Part shown: positions 37,214 through 48,025 of the stretch, piece by piece
How the letters are laid out: each line of letters starts with the position of its first letter
How positions within the stretch are numbered: position 1 is the first letter of the stretch
DNA from: Eukaryota sp. GEM-RC1
Lineage: Eukaryota
Reading direction: 5' to 3'
DNA: 64,000 bases
Assembly: GCA_040285855.1 (NCBI GenBank)
Contig: JAUFOQ010000004.1
Location: 310,001-374,000, forward strand
The notes under the pieces: model-generated
The model's database searches: none
Seen by the model: the letters and a program-made list of their open reading frames with translations, nothing else
What the model was told of the DNA's origin: nothing
Made by a program: the position numbers and the translations under genes

Positions 37214-37250
37214 GTGTATTGTCAAGTCTTGTTTCCATAGACTTGTAGAC

Positions 37251-37486
37251 AACCAAATCTCTGTAACCGTCAGCACGAAAAGACTTTTGGGTGTTGAGAA
37301 GTGGAGGGGGGAGGGAATTGACATCAGGAGGAGGAGGTAACCAAATCTCTGTAACCGTCAGCACGAAAAGACTTTGGGTGTTGAGAAGTGGAGGGGGGAG
37401 GGAATTGACATCAGGAGGAGGAGGTAACCAAATCTCTGTAACCGTCAGCACGAAAAGACTTTGGGTGTTGAGAAGTGGAGGGGGGA
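37251..37486 (-). repeat. 87-bp tandem repeat (2.7 copies) encoding PPPPDVNSLPPPLLNTQSLFVLTVTEIWL
   Basis: Units start at 37251, 37339 and 37426. The first has one extra T, which causes the frameshift between ORFs 37158-37604 and 36965-37324. Confidence 0.9.
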
Positions 37487-39938
37487 GACCTTTGAGAAGT
37501 GGTGGGGGGAGGGATTCACAGTTCATTGGATAGAGAAGAAATGTTGAAAATGTAGAAGAAATCCTTTCACACTCAACTAATACTAGTAGTAGACAAGTTG
37601 GCAAGAAAAATTTTCCTTGCCAATTTGGTATTAATTCAACTGATCATACAACCTGGATTTAACTGTACAATTACCGGTCTAAGTGTTCAATGTAACATTT
37701 GTGAAGACATAACAACAATTATTTGGTTAAGGAATACCTTTTATTTGATATATTTGTTATATTTGTTCAGACTAAATACAATACTTACAGCTAATGTACT
37801 GGCAACCACGTATGGAGAACTTCAACTTCATGATTGTCCTTTGCAATTTCCACTTTTTCTATGATGTGTTGAATAGCATTTCAACATCAAGAATGGAGAT
37901 GTAGCAAAATTGAGGAATATGCTTGACGTTGAGCATCCATTGGATCAACAACTGACAAATCATTTTCTGACATGAGTAACAGTTGTCCACAAGTATAAAC
38001 CATTTCTCTAATGTTATTAGAGATACAAAGAAGCTTCACATACAATTCCCAGTAAGATACGATCTTACAATTCTTGATATTTTAGATGGCAGTCGTGAGT
38101 TGATTTCTAGTCTTGGTTGACACTTTGGCGGTGCAAATGAGGAACGAGTGAGAGGCATATCAGCAAGAAAAAGTCAGAAAGCACATATCGTGACCAAAAC
38201 TTACTATTGGCATCATCACAATGTCTGGAGTTAGAATGTATGAAGAATCATACGCATGTCAAGAGAGAAGAAAAGTGAAATTGCAGTATTCATTTTTGGA
38301 GTCATGTTTGTCTACAGATAGCAGACATCTTTTCTGTCTTCGGATATCTCCTACACTTCAAATACAACATTTTTGTACTTACTTACTTGACATCATTCAT
38401 TAATTAATACATCAACAATGTTATTTTCAATGCTCTTATGTATCACAACATAGACAATGCATTGAACTAGAACGTATATGTTGATTTCGTGTTAACAAGG
38501 GAGAGACTTGAAACAAAAGAAGAACGGGATGCTTTATTGATATCTAAACAAAGAAAACTACAATAATGATCTATAAAAACAACTTTAAATCGCATATGGT
38601 GTATGAGGAGGCTAGCTTTTCAGATCAGATATGATATCAATTCTTTTCAAACACGAGCAGTATCACCAGCAATTCGAAGAACTCTTTCAATTACTGGGGT
38701 GGTGGTTTCACGAAGGGCGGAAGCAACTGCACTATAGATGAGTTCAAGTTCCTTCTCGTCAAGTGAATGCTTAGAGTTTGCTAAAAAAGTAGTCACTGCC
38801 TCATGACCAGTCTTGACAACGCTGTCAACGTCAACAATCTTCTTAGGTTGAGGTTCAGTTATCTAGAATTAGATCAGTGGATTCATGTATGAAAGAAAAG
38901 TGAACTTCTTCGCATCTTCGAGTCCTATACTAGATCATTCACACATCAGATCTATCATTCAATACACAACATCTTCTTTATTGTATTCTATTTGGCCATT
39001 CACACATCTATAATTCAAAAAAACATGTTCCTTATTTTATTCTACTCTAAATTTGATTTCTTCAAAACAGGTGAGATACCTGACATGGTAAAAAGTGGAC
39101 ACCGTGAGGCTCCAGTTTGTGAAAATTGATCTTGCTTAATTCAGTAAAATCGAAATTATATTAAGTTTATTGATGATAATATATAAAATTTCCAGTACTA
39201 GCAAAGGCTACAACACTGTATTGACTTTACCACAAAGTCTCAGGCTCAGTTAATTACCTTTTGTAAAGTTCTATTGTTAAGGACAACTATTATTGATTTA
39301 AGTATCACTGTCGATTTTACAGCTACTGCGGTGAATAACTTTGTCTTTACAGGTTGACGTTTTGAAGAAGAAGGAGGAGACTGGTAATAATGAGCGTATT
39401 GACATGGAGAGGAGAAATTGTAGCAACAGCGAGAGAAGAACCATACACACATACTTACTAGAAAGTGTGTGTGTATGAAAGGAATCAAGACACAAAAAAC
39501 AACAATAGTTCAAGGCATGACTCTCAAGAGCATGTTATCCATATTTGTTGTTTTGGGGAAGGATAGAGAATCAGAGAGAAGGGGGTTGAGAGGTTATCTG
39601 CGGTTAGAGATGAACATACATTAGCGGCGGAACAAATCCGGAACATAGCAATCTGTTCAGGAACTCTCTGAGCAACAGGAACCGATGTAAGAGTAAGCAC
39701 TGATCGTCACCAAAACTTACTTTTGGCATCACATAGTCTGAAGTTAGAATTATACTTGATTCATACGCATAATTGGTGTGAAGAAAAAGTCTAGAATCGA
39801 AATACAATTTCATCTTCAACATGTCGTGTTTGTCAACCACCAGCAGACATCTCTTCTCACTTTTTTTCACTATATGGTCAAAAAATCTTTATTGTATATG
39901 ATGATTTCTTTCATGTACATAATGAAGGGAAGATATAT

Positions 39939-40613
39939 CTAAAGTTCAAAAGGATTCTTCGTAAAATTGGATTTTTTGACAAGAGACTTAAGAGGAGGGA
40001 GTGGAGTCGACGTAATCTCAGTTGTTCCAGTTGATTCTGACTCTAACTCATTACTTGAGTTACTTGATTCTTCTTCTTCATTCAATAATTTTTCTTCTCT
40101 AACAGCCTTTGGACATTTAGACTTCTTCATCTTAGCAAGTCTTGCAGAACATGAAACTTTTTGATGTTGGTCATGTTCTGCAAGATCAGACAAGTCTATT
40201 GCTGACTCAGATTGATCTTGAATCAAAACATTATATAAATTTTGAGATGACAAGGAATTAGTGGTACCATTCTTTTCTTCAAGAATATGAGTTTCTTTGT
40301 TAATAAAGAATTCAATGTTTTCCTTAAGATTATCACCAACAACATCTTTAAACCATGTTGTATTGTTGGTTGACACTGCGATATGTGAAGTACTATCAGC
40401 AGCTCGGGTGATTAAGATATAATCTCCATTGATTCCGAGATTGCAAGGTGAAGTTGAAGGAGTTGATTTTGTCTCAGTAAAAAAAAAGACATTGTATACA
40501 TCTTGATGTTTAGATGCATACTTCCTCTGATAAGCAGAAAGACGACGTTTCCGAGACAGAACGTTTGTTGATGAGTTCATGCAAATTTTGCCGGGAAACA
40601 AATTCTCCTTCAT
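39939..40613 (-). CDS. Hypothetical ORF, probably a degraded gene fragment
   Basis: 224-aa ORF with no recognisable motif. Confidence 0.3.
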   Translation of the reverse strand: MKENLFPGKICMNSSTNVLSRKRRLSAYQRKYASKHQDVYNVFFFTETKSTPSTSPCNLGINGDYILITRAADSTSHIAVSTNNTTWFKDVVGDNLKENIEFFINKETHILEEKNGTTNSLSSQNLYNVLIQDQSESAIDLSDLAEHDQHQKVSCSARLAKMKKSKCPKAVREEKLLNEEEESSNSSNELESESTGTTEITSTPLPPLKSLVKKSNFTKNPFEL

Positions 40614-41411
40614 CGGAATCTCAATGTCTTTGAACGAATCTTCTCTTGAAGTGATGTCAAGTCTGTTAGCACAGTTTCATGAACACTGCAACAGAAGTTT
40701 GATAACCTTATGCAATTGTTGTCATTGTACTTCTTTAGGAGATGATTCTGTGACCATATCTATATCAACATCCTTAAAAGATCTTGTGTCAACTCTGTTC
40801 TACCCTTCATCAGAAACTTCTAATGTTGAGGAAGTCTTAATCAGAGTATCTCATCTTTGGCAGTTCACGCCTCTACTCAACAGTTTTCTCAATTGGACAG
40901 GGTTAATTGATATTCTTCTTCATTGTTGTCTCAATGATGATACTTGTTTGTTTTTGAAGCATTTACATTTGCTGATCACTAGTTTTGCTTGTTCAGTTGG
41001 TATATTATTTTGTCACAGTTCTCGATCTTCTACAACTTTATTAATTCCTGCACTCCTCCAAAGTTCACTTCATGATGATGGTCATTTAAGATTTGTTTAT
41101 TTTAAAAAGATTGAGGATAAATTGTTGCTATTACTTGAGGACAATGATTATTATCTATCTGTTTCAAAGTTTGTTTTGATTTTTGTTAACATTGTTTTAG
41201 CAAAAGGTAATTGTAATGATTATACTGGAGTTGTCAATTTGTTTAGTTTTATTTTAGAACGAAGTGATTTTGTTGATTTGAAACATGTTTTGACTTGGAA
41301 ACTGTCAGGAAATGATGAGATTGATGTGGATAATTTATGTGATGAGTTGTTGCAGTTTAATGATAGTGTAGTGAAGTATGTTTGTAAGTATCTGTGTAAC
41401 TAAATAAATAT

Positions 41412-41831
41412 TGTAAAACACATCTTGTAAAACACATCTTGTGTTACACATCTTGTGTTACATATCTTGTATTACATATCTTGTATTACACATCTTGTAT
41501 TACACATCTTGTGTTACACATCTTGTAAAACACATCTTGTAAAACACATCTTGTATTGCAAATGTTGTGTTACAGATCTTGTATTACAAATGTTGTGTTA
41601 CAGATCTTGTATAACAAATGTTGTGTTACAGATCTTGTAAAACACATCTTGTAAAACACATCTTGTATTACACATCTTGTGTTACACATCTTGTATTACA
41701 CATCTTGTAAAACACATCTTGTATTACAAATGTTGTGTTACAGATCTTGTATTACAAATGTTGTGTTACAGATCTTGTATTACACATCTTGTGTTACAAA
41801 TCTTGTATTACAAATGTTGTGTTACACATCC
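41412..41831. repeat. 14-bp minisatellite, 30 units TGT(AAA/GTT/ATT)ACANAT(C/G)T
   Basis: 420 bp of phased 14-mers, each containing a TGT-N3-ACA palindrome. Confidence 0.95.
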
Positions 41832-41916
41832 AGTCTTGTATCTACATCTACAATTTCTTCATCCAAACTCATATCCACAACGAAGCCACACTCTTGCTGT
41901 TTATTTAAAGATAAAA

Positions 41917-42276
41917 ATGAGACCTCTGGAAGCTATTGACGAGGTCCACTCTTTGGTTAACTACAAAAAAACCAACGAAGGCAGACTACCTATCATCCCA
42001 CCCGTAAAAGAGTGGAACAAGAGAAATCAGTATCCTACAATCAATCCTCCTCTTATTCAGAAGACTCCTGGAAGACGTCAAAAGAAGAGAAACGGAGTCT
42101 TCCCCAAGAAAGCTAAACAAGCAAGAATGACAAAAGCAGATAGTTGGTTAGCAGTATGTGATCAAGAGAGAGACGATGTCGAAGTGGAAGAAGTTCATCT
42201 TGTAGATTACGATGATGAGGAAAGATCCATCGATAATGCAAACGAGGTTCTTAATGGATGTTTAGATGAGGTATAG
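41917..42276 (+). pseudogene. Fragment resembling a MULE transposase C-terminal tail
   Basis: IPPVKEW...INPPLIQKTPGRRQKKR fits the post-SWIM PP..GRP.KKR tail of Mutator transposases. Confidence 0.45.
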
Positions 42277-42459
42277 AAGTACAAGTAGCTGTCGAATAAA
42301 GCATCATACAATGTGGGCATTTTTGATAGACGAGATGTGCGTGGACATTTCTGATATTTTCCCATTGAAATACAGTCCCTAGATAAAGTCATGGTTTGAA
42401 GTGAAAGAGAAATTTGATGAAGACCAAGTTTCCCTGCGCTCAAACAATCCATCAACTCA

Positions 42460-45400
42460 ATGGCACCAACCTCTTTACACAACATCAATCTCACAGATGA
42501 CCAACGTGAGATCTTTAACGCAATCACTACCAGCAGACACAACTTCTTTGTCACTGGTGGTGCAGGATCAGGAAAATCTTATCTTTTGCATGCTCTCAAA
42601 TACTGGTGGAGTAACGTCGGATCTCGTCTCATGCGTGCTAATGGTGAAATCTTCTTCACTGCAACAACTGGGGTTGCCTCAACTGTTTTTGGTGGACAGA
42701 CCATACACTCACTGTTTGGTTATAAGTTTATGAAAGAAGAAGAATCCATACATGATGTTATCAAATGTATGCCATCATATGTCAAAATTTTGTTGAAAAA
42801 AATTAGGGATAATTGCATTTATACCAGTGAAAATAAAAACACCTTATCATCTCTACCATACCCCTTCCAAATCTACCATACATGCTAATAAACTGGGAAG
42901 ACCACTTACCTCTTCCAATAGAAGTCAATGCTACTTATAGCTGTAAGGATGACCTTCACCTTGCTCTTATTCATGAACTCTATTTTCCAAAATGTCGCTA
43001 CGGTCATCTTACCTCAAACATCTCTGAGTGCTTCAACTCAGTTATCAATGAAAACTGAGGGTATCCCTTAATTGAATTGAGCTGTTGGAGTGTATACGAG
43101 AAAAGATAAGAGAGCGGCAAGAAAAATATGCAGGTCAAGCCCAGAGAGCCAAAACGCCATTAGTTTTGTCAGTCATGAACGTTATGGAGAACAGAATTCA
43201 AGAAGCTAGGATTTTGGATTCACGGAAGAATGGGACCACGATTGAAGTCATTGGAAGAGGAAGAACTTATCTTGTGGAATTGGAGCAGAAACACTGTGAT
43301 TGTGGTGTCTGGCAAACTGAGGCCATTCCTTGTTCCCATGCTGCCAAAGCATTGATGTCAGAGAATGTCAAACCTTTGGAATTTGTGGATAGTTGCTTCG
43401 AAACCAGAACACAGTCAAAGATTTATGACTGTTGGGTCGCCACCTAGGGACAAGAGTCAATGGGAAACTATCGCATTGACTTTAAGTCCACCTCTTGTAA
43501 GAAGAGGAGTAGGTGCTCCAAAGAAGAAGCGTACTGGTAGTTTTCTAGATCACTGAAGATACTTGTTATATATAAAAACGATTTATTGACAAACAACTAA
43601 AGAAAGCAAGAATGGTAGAAATGCAATGGGTATGGTAGATTTGGAAAATGCACACGTGTTGAATGGTATTTTTGCAAAACGCCCAAAAAATTTCTCCAAA
43701 AAATTCAATGTTAATCATTGATGAAATTTCAATGTTGTCCTCCAAATTGTTTCAACGGGCGAGTGACATTTTGAGCGAACTTATGCACATGCAAAAATGT
43801 CACTCCCCGAAGAAACCGTTTGGAGGAATTCAGATAATTTGTTTTGGGGACTTTCTTCAATTAGCCCCTGTTGTGAAAAGTCTTGATGAAAAAGCGAAAT
43901 CAGAAATTACCACTTTTCGATTTCCTTGAACTTGACTGTGTTGTTGGTGGACAAGTGATGTACACTCAAAATAAGCCTGAACTTGGACTAGTTAATGGTT
44001 CAAACGGAGTTATTGTTAATTTTTCAGATACATATATTGATGTTCGGTTCAACGCTGAAGCAGAACCGAAAAGAATCAGTCAGTCAAGGTTTGCTATCGA
44101 ACACTTGAACGAAATCGGAAGACCTGTTCAAGTGGCGAAAAGAATTCAGTTTCTGCTAAGACCTTGCTGGGCGATAACAGTGCATCGATCCCAAGGTTTA
44201 ACAATTGACGAGATTGAAGTTGCTATTCAGTTTTGGGAATATGCCCAACTTTATGTGACCTTAAGTAGGGTTAGGTCTTGGAGGAGTTTAAAGATTTTAA
44301 GCATTGTAAGAAGTTATCCAGATGCCAAATTTGGAATTGTATCAATGGTATTATTCAACTTTTCATCCTGTTAAGCCATCCACTATTGATTTGTATGTTT
44401 TGGGAAATCAACATTGTCTTCAACGAGATTTCAATCATTTTAATTCATTGTTTGCAAACTTTTGTGCAGAATCCAGTGAACCAATTATGGATGATGTTGT
44501 TGTTCCTGAAATTGTTCATTGTGTTGATGAAGTTGTTGATGAAGTTATTGTTGATAATGTTGATGAAAAAATTATTCAAAATAATGATAATCAAATTATT
44601 GACTTGGACAAAAATAATTTAGACAAATCAAATTTATTTGAAACAGAAGCACTACTATCAGGATCCGATTCTGGTGATGAATCTGATAGTGATACAATTT
44701 CAACAAGTTTAGATGATTTTGTGGTAAATGATGAAGAAGATGAAACTAATATTCCTCCCAAATTTATTAATTGTGACTCAATTTTTAACAAAAATTCCCC
44801 AGAGATTTATGTGAAAAAGTCTAAACTTCCTCAATTACCACGCGGCAACATTACTCTACCATCACTTCCCCGTTTGAAGAAAACCCCTTCACCAACGAAG
44901 AATTTATTATCAAATAAGAATGTCAGTGCTGGTATAGAAAGAAAAAGTTCCCAAGTGTTTCCTCTTATTGAAGATGAAAAACGATTTTGTCTCAAGGAAG
45001 TTCAGACTGAAAGCTTTGAAAATGAAAAATGTGATTCCACATGTGAATATCAACAAACTGACAATGTGACTTATGAAACAATATCATTGTCTCCTATTTT
45101 GGAGTATAATCGTGTTGCTACTTCAAAACAATTGAGAGTGGACTTAACTATTGGAATTCAGTCAATTGTCGATAATGTACTAGATTGTATTGGATCTGAA
45201 TCTGCATCAAGTATGGAAGTGAAAACAATAAGAAACTGTTACATTACCGATGTGATTAATAAGGATAATGTTGATGAACGTTATTGTAGTGATGTGCTTG
45301 TGGAATTGTTTCATGTATTGAAAGAGTATTTGAAAAATGATAAAAAGACTGGTATGTGTGTTTTATTTGAATTATATGTAATTTTGAAAAGATTGGAAAA

Positions 45401-45515
45401 TATAGGTAATTTTGATAGTTTCATTTTGGATTACACATCTTGTATTACACATCTTGTAAAACACATCTTGTATTACAAATGTTGTATTACAAATCTTGTA
45501 AAACACATCTTGTAA
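42460..45515 (+). pseudogene. Pif1-family helicase, interrupted and internally deleted, with acidic C-terminal extension
   Basis: FVTGGAGSGKS, TATTGVAS, GQTIHSLFG, LIIDEISM, PFGGIQIICFGDFLQLAPV, GLVNGSNG, WAITVHRSQGLT, YVTLSRV; short gap between motif III and QVMYTQN; acidic ORF 44322-45515 overlaps the end. Confidence 0.82.
42806..43684 (+). mobile_element. Non-autonomous MULE derivative (879 bp), same family as 30187-31896
   Basis: Near-identical inverted copy of 31019-31896; flanks AAAAAATTA / AAAAAATTT (8 of 9 TSD); inserted between Pif1 motifs Ib and II. Confidence 0.9.
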
Positions 45516-45518
45516 AAC
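45430..45518. repeat. Second array of the 14-bp minisatellite (~6 units)
   Basis: Same units and orientation as 41412-41831. Confidence 0.9.
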
Positions 45519-45974
45519 CAGTTTGTTGTTTGTGGCACTAATCTCAAACAACTGCTCATGATTATGTTTGAAAAAATCTGTGATCAATTAGAAATTTTCT
45601 TTGCCTGTAAGTCGAACTCGTATGAAACTGATTTTGACACTTATTGAAACAATCTAAAATTTTCTTATATAATTGATACCACCGTTAATTTGGAGAATGT
45701 TTATAATTCCATTGTGTGGTTGTATTTTTATGCAAATTATGTGATTGTCAACAAAGACAATGACACGGACACATTAACGTCATGGGACTAGGTCTGTTCA
45801 AAGAATTCTTAATTCAATGATTAACCAGATCAAACTGTACAAAAAGATTACAATAACCAATCGAAATGGTTCTTCAAGAAGTGACCGTGATCAACAAACG
45901 TGATCAACAATGAAACGATCGAGGCTATGAAATATACAATAATTTACAAAACATAAACAATCAAAATACATTAT

Positions 45975-46781
45975 TCACATTGTTACATGAATTTCACCAG
46001 TTTTAAAGACAAAATTACAACTATCATTGCTGTTTGAACTTTCAGTTCTTTTAACTTCAGGTTTCTTCAGAAAATTCAATTCTTTAGGTATTGGTACAAC
46101 AATGGGGTTTTGAAGGTCGTGTTCTTCCACAATCACTTCATCTTGCTTCTCTTTAGTATCTTTGGTCTTCAACAACTTTACACATGATGAGTCAGCCAAA
46201 GGATCGACTTTTTGAGTCCTGAGAGTCATCGAGAGCTGCAACTCATCAGGACTAAGGGTTTTACCAAAAGCAACATTAGCACGACCCGATTGAGCCTCAG
46301 AACGGAAAACTTGATGAAGATCAAGAAACTGTAGGGAAGGAAGTGATGTGGTAAGAAGGTTTAGATAGTTTGGTTCATTTACAAGTGGATTCCTAGAGAA
46401 GTTCAGATTCTCAAGAAAACCAAGTGGTTTTAAACAAGATATTACGTCAGTTAGATTGGAAATAAGGTTGTTGTCTAGAAAAAGGGTATGTAAATACTTA
46501 ACTCTGGACAAAGAGGGAGAAAGATGAGTAATACTGTTATTAGATAACATAAGCACCTGAAGACGGAAACAAGGACGTATGAAGGGGAAAACAGAGGATG
46601 TGAGACGATTACTCTGCAGCCAAAGGGTATTAAGTTGACGTGCGTAGTTTTTCAGATTCTTTAGGTCATCATCAATGATGGATAACTCATTAAGATACGC
46701 TGACGTTGAATCCCTGGAAAGAAGAAAAGATTTAAGGGAGAAGGTGCTACTAGTGGAACCACTGATAGCTGAGGATGACAT
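45975..46781 (-). CDS. Leucine-rich repeat protein (SDS22/U2A'-type with LRRcap)
   Basis: LNTLWLQSNRL, LQVLMLSNNSI, LHTLFLDNNLI, LNFSRNPL..PNY...LPSLQFLD. Confidence 0.85.
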   Translation of the reverse strand: MSSSAISGSTSSTFSLKSFLLSRDSTSAYLNELSIIDDDLKNLKNYARQLNTLWLQSNRLTSSVFPFIRPCFRLQVLMLSNNSITHLSPSLSRVKYLHTLFLDNNLISNLTDVISCLKPLGFLENLNFSRNPLVNEPNYLNLLTTSLPSLQFLDLHQVFRSEAQSGRANVAFGKTLSPDELQLSMTLRTQKVDPLADSSCVKLLKTKDTKEKQDEVIVEEHDLQNPIVVPIPKELNFLKKPEVKRTESSNSNDSCNFVFKTGEIHVTM

Positions 46782-46887
46782 GTAACTACTAGTAGTAGTT
46801 ACAAATCTTCAATTTGTTTCTCAAGTAGCCTAACCTACTACTACATACTAGTAGTTCTTCTTCTTTCTTGTTCTTGCCTTACTAATA

Positions 46888-47631
46888 ATGTTACATGACC
46901 TTATTACCCCCAATACTTTCTTGATTTCCGACACACATTTTGAACACAAAAGTCTGGTTGAATTTGCACCTGAGAGGTTTGACGGCTTGACTGATAATCT
47001 TCATGAACTCTCTCCTTCAGAACTCATTTCACTGCATGACTCACATCTCACCTCTGCTTGGAACAGCGTTGTACATTCAAATGATAGAATTCTATGTCTA
47101 GGAGATTTTGCATGGAAAAAAATCCCCGAATCTTCCTCCAAACTCTCTGGTCGTAAGATCTTACTCTGTGGAAATCATGACAGAGGGCCTGATGCTTACG
47201 CTAAGCATTGGGTTCAAGTTATCTCCAACCCAATAATCAATATAGGAGGTCTTCAGTTTTCCTTTGATGGGCCTTCTACTTTTAACAAACACCCAACCTC
47301 GTGCTACATTTGTGATCTTGAAATAGACTCTCAATCGGTAAGGATCTTGTTCTCTCATTTCCCAGTGTTTGACTATTCCAATCCTTTTGATCCTGTTAAG
47401 TTTGCTCAACAACGGGGACTACTTGAAGATCTGTTTACACAATTCAAGTGTGATTTGAATATACATGGTCATATACATGGTGCAAATCCCACCGATGAAA
47501 GGTGTATTAACGTTTGCGTGGAGAAGTTGGGAATGAGACCGAAGACAATTAAGGAGGTTGTGAAGGAATTTCTTAATAACAGAAAAGTAGAAGGTGATCC
47601 GCTAGTTGTTGACCTTAACACGTCTTTGTAG
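46888..47631 (+). CDS. Calcineurin-like metallophosphoesterase, prokaryote/phage type
   Basis: FLISDTHFEH, WNSVV..D....LGDF, GNHD, SHFP, NIHGHIH, INVCVE. Confidence 0.88.
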   Translation: MLHDLITPNTFLISDTHFEHKSLVEFAPERFDGLTDNLHELSPSELISLHDSHLTSAWNSVVHSNDRILCLGDFAWKKIPESSSKLSGRKILLCGNHDRGPDAYAKHWVQVISNPIINIGGLQFSFDGPSTFNKHPTSCYICDLEIDSQSVRILFSHFPVFDYSNPFDPVKFAQQRGLLEDLFTQFKCDLNIHGHIHGANPTDERCINVCVEKLGMRPKTIKEVVKEFLNNRKVEGDPLVVDLNTSL

Positions 47632-48025
47632 TTTGTATAACTCGGACACGTGTGTTTTGGAACTGGTATGACTGATGTTTCTACTTTGAATCTGTCTTTT
47701 GGCTAAGTAGTAGTTTCTTTGTTTGTACACTGTAGTTTTAATTTATGATTATCTTTTGTCTGCATCGTACTTCAATTTTGGAATGACGATCTTAAATGTA
47801 ATCAATGTCTTTTTTCGTTTAATTTGATTTTATACAGTATTTTTACATTATGAAAAAGCTTCTTCGTGTCGGAAACACACAAGGATGACACTAAAATTTG
47901 GTAACTGGAACACAAAATTCGCACTAGAGTCTATTTTGAAATCTATCTATTTTGTGTGAACACTGGAGTCTATCAGTCGGATTATTAATACCAAAAAACG
48001 AATTTCGCTCAGTTTCACAAGTTCA

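Larger units (their letters stand above)
33851..37604 (-). pseudogene. DEAH/RHA-family helicase with N-terminal 2A motif and zinc knuckle (frameshifted)
   Basis: GATGSGKS, QPRIMA, MVDEAHER, SAT, ILVF, STNLAESSITIEGVKIVIDCG, QRAGRAGR, PEIL; upstream CPRCLLPGHQLHDC and GDVELNPGP. Confidence 0.82.

Noticed and set aside
40579..41403. 274-aa plus-strand ORF
   Set aside because: No recognisable motif; it overlaps a minus-strand ORF and the composition suggests an antisense shadow, so the strand cannot be decided.
41412..41831. Repeat array as a CRISPR array, and the Cys/His-rich ORFs across it
   Set aside because: Contiguous 14-bp units with no unique spacers; the ORFs are translations of the minisatellite.
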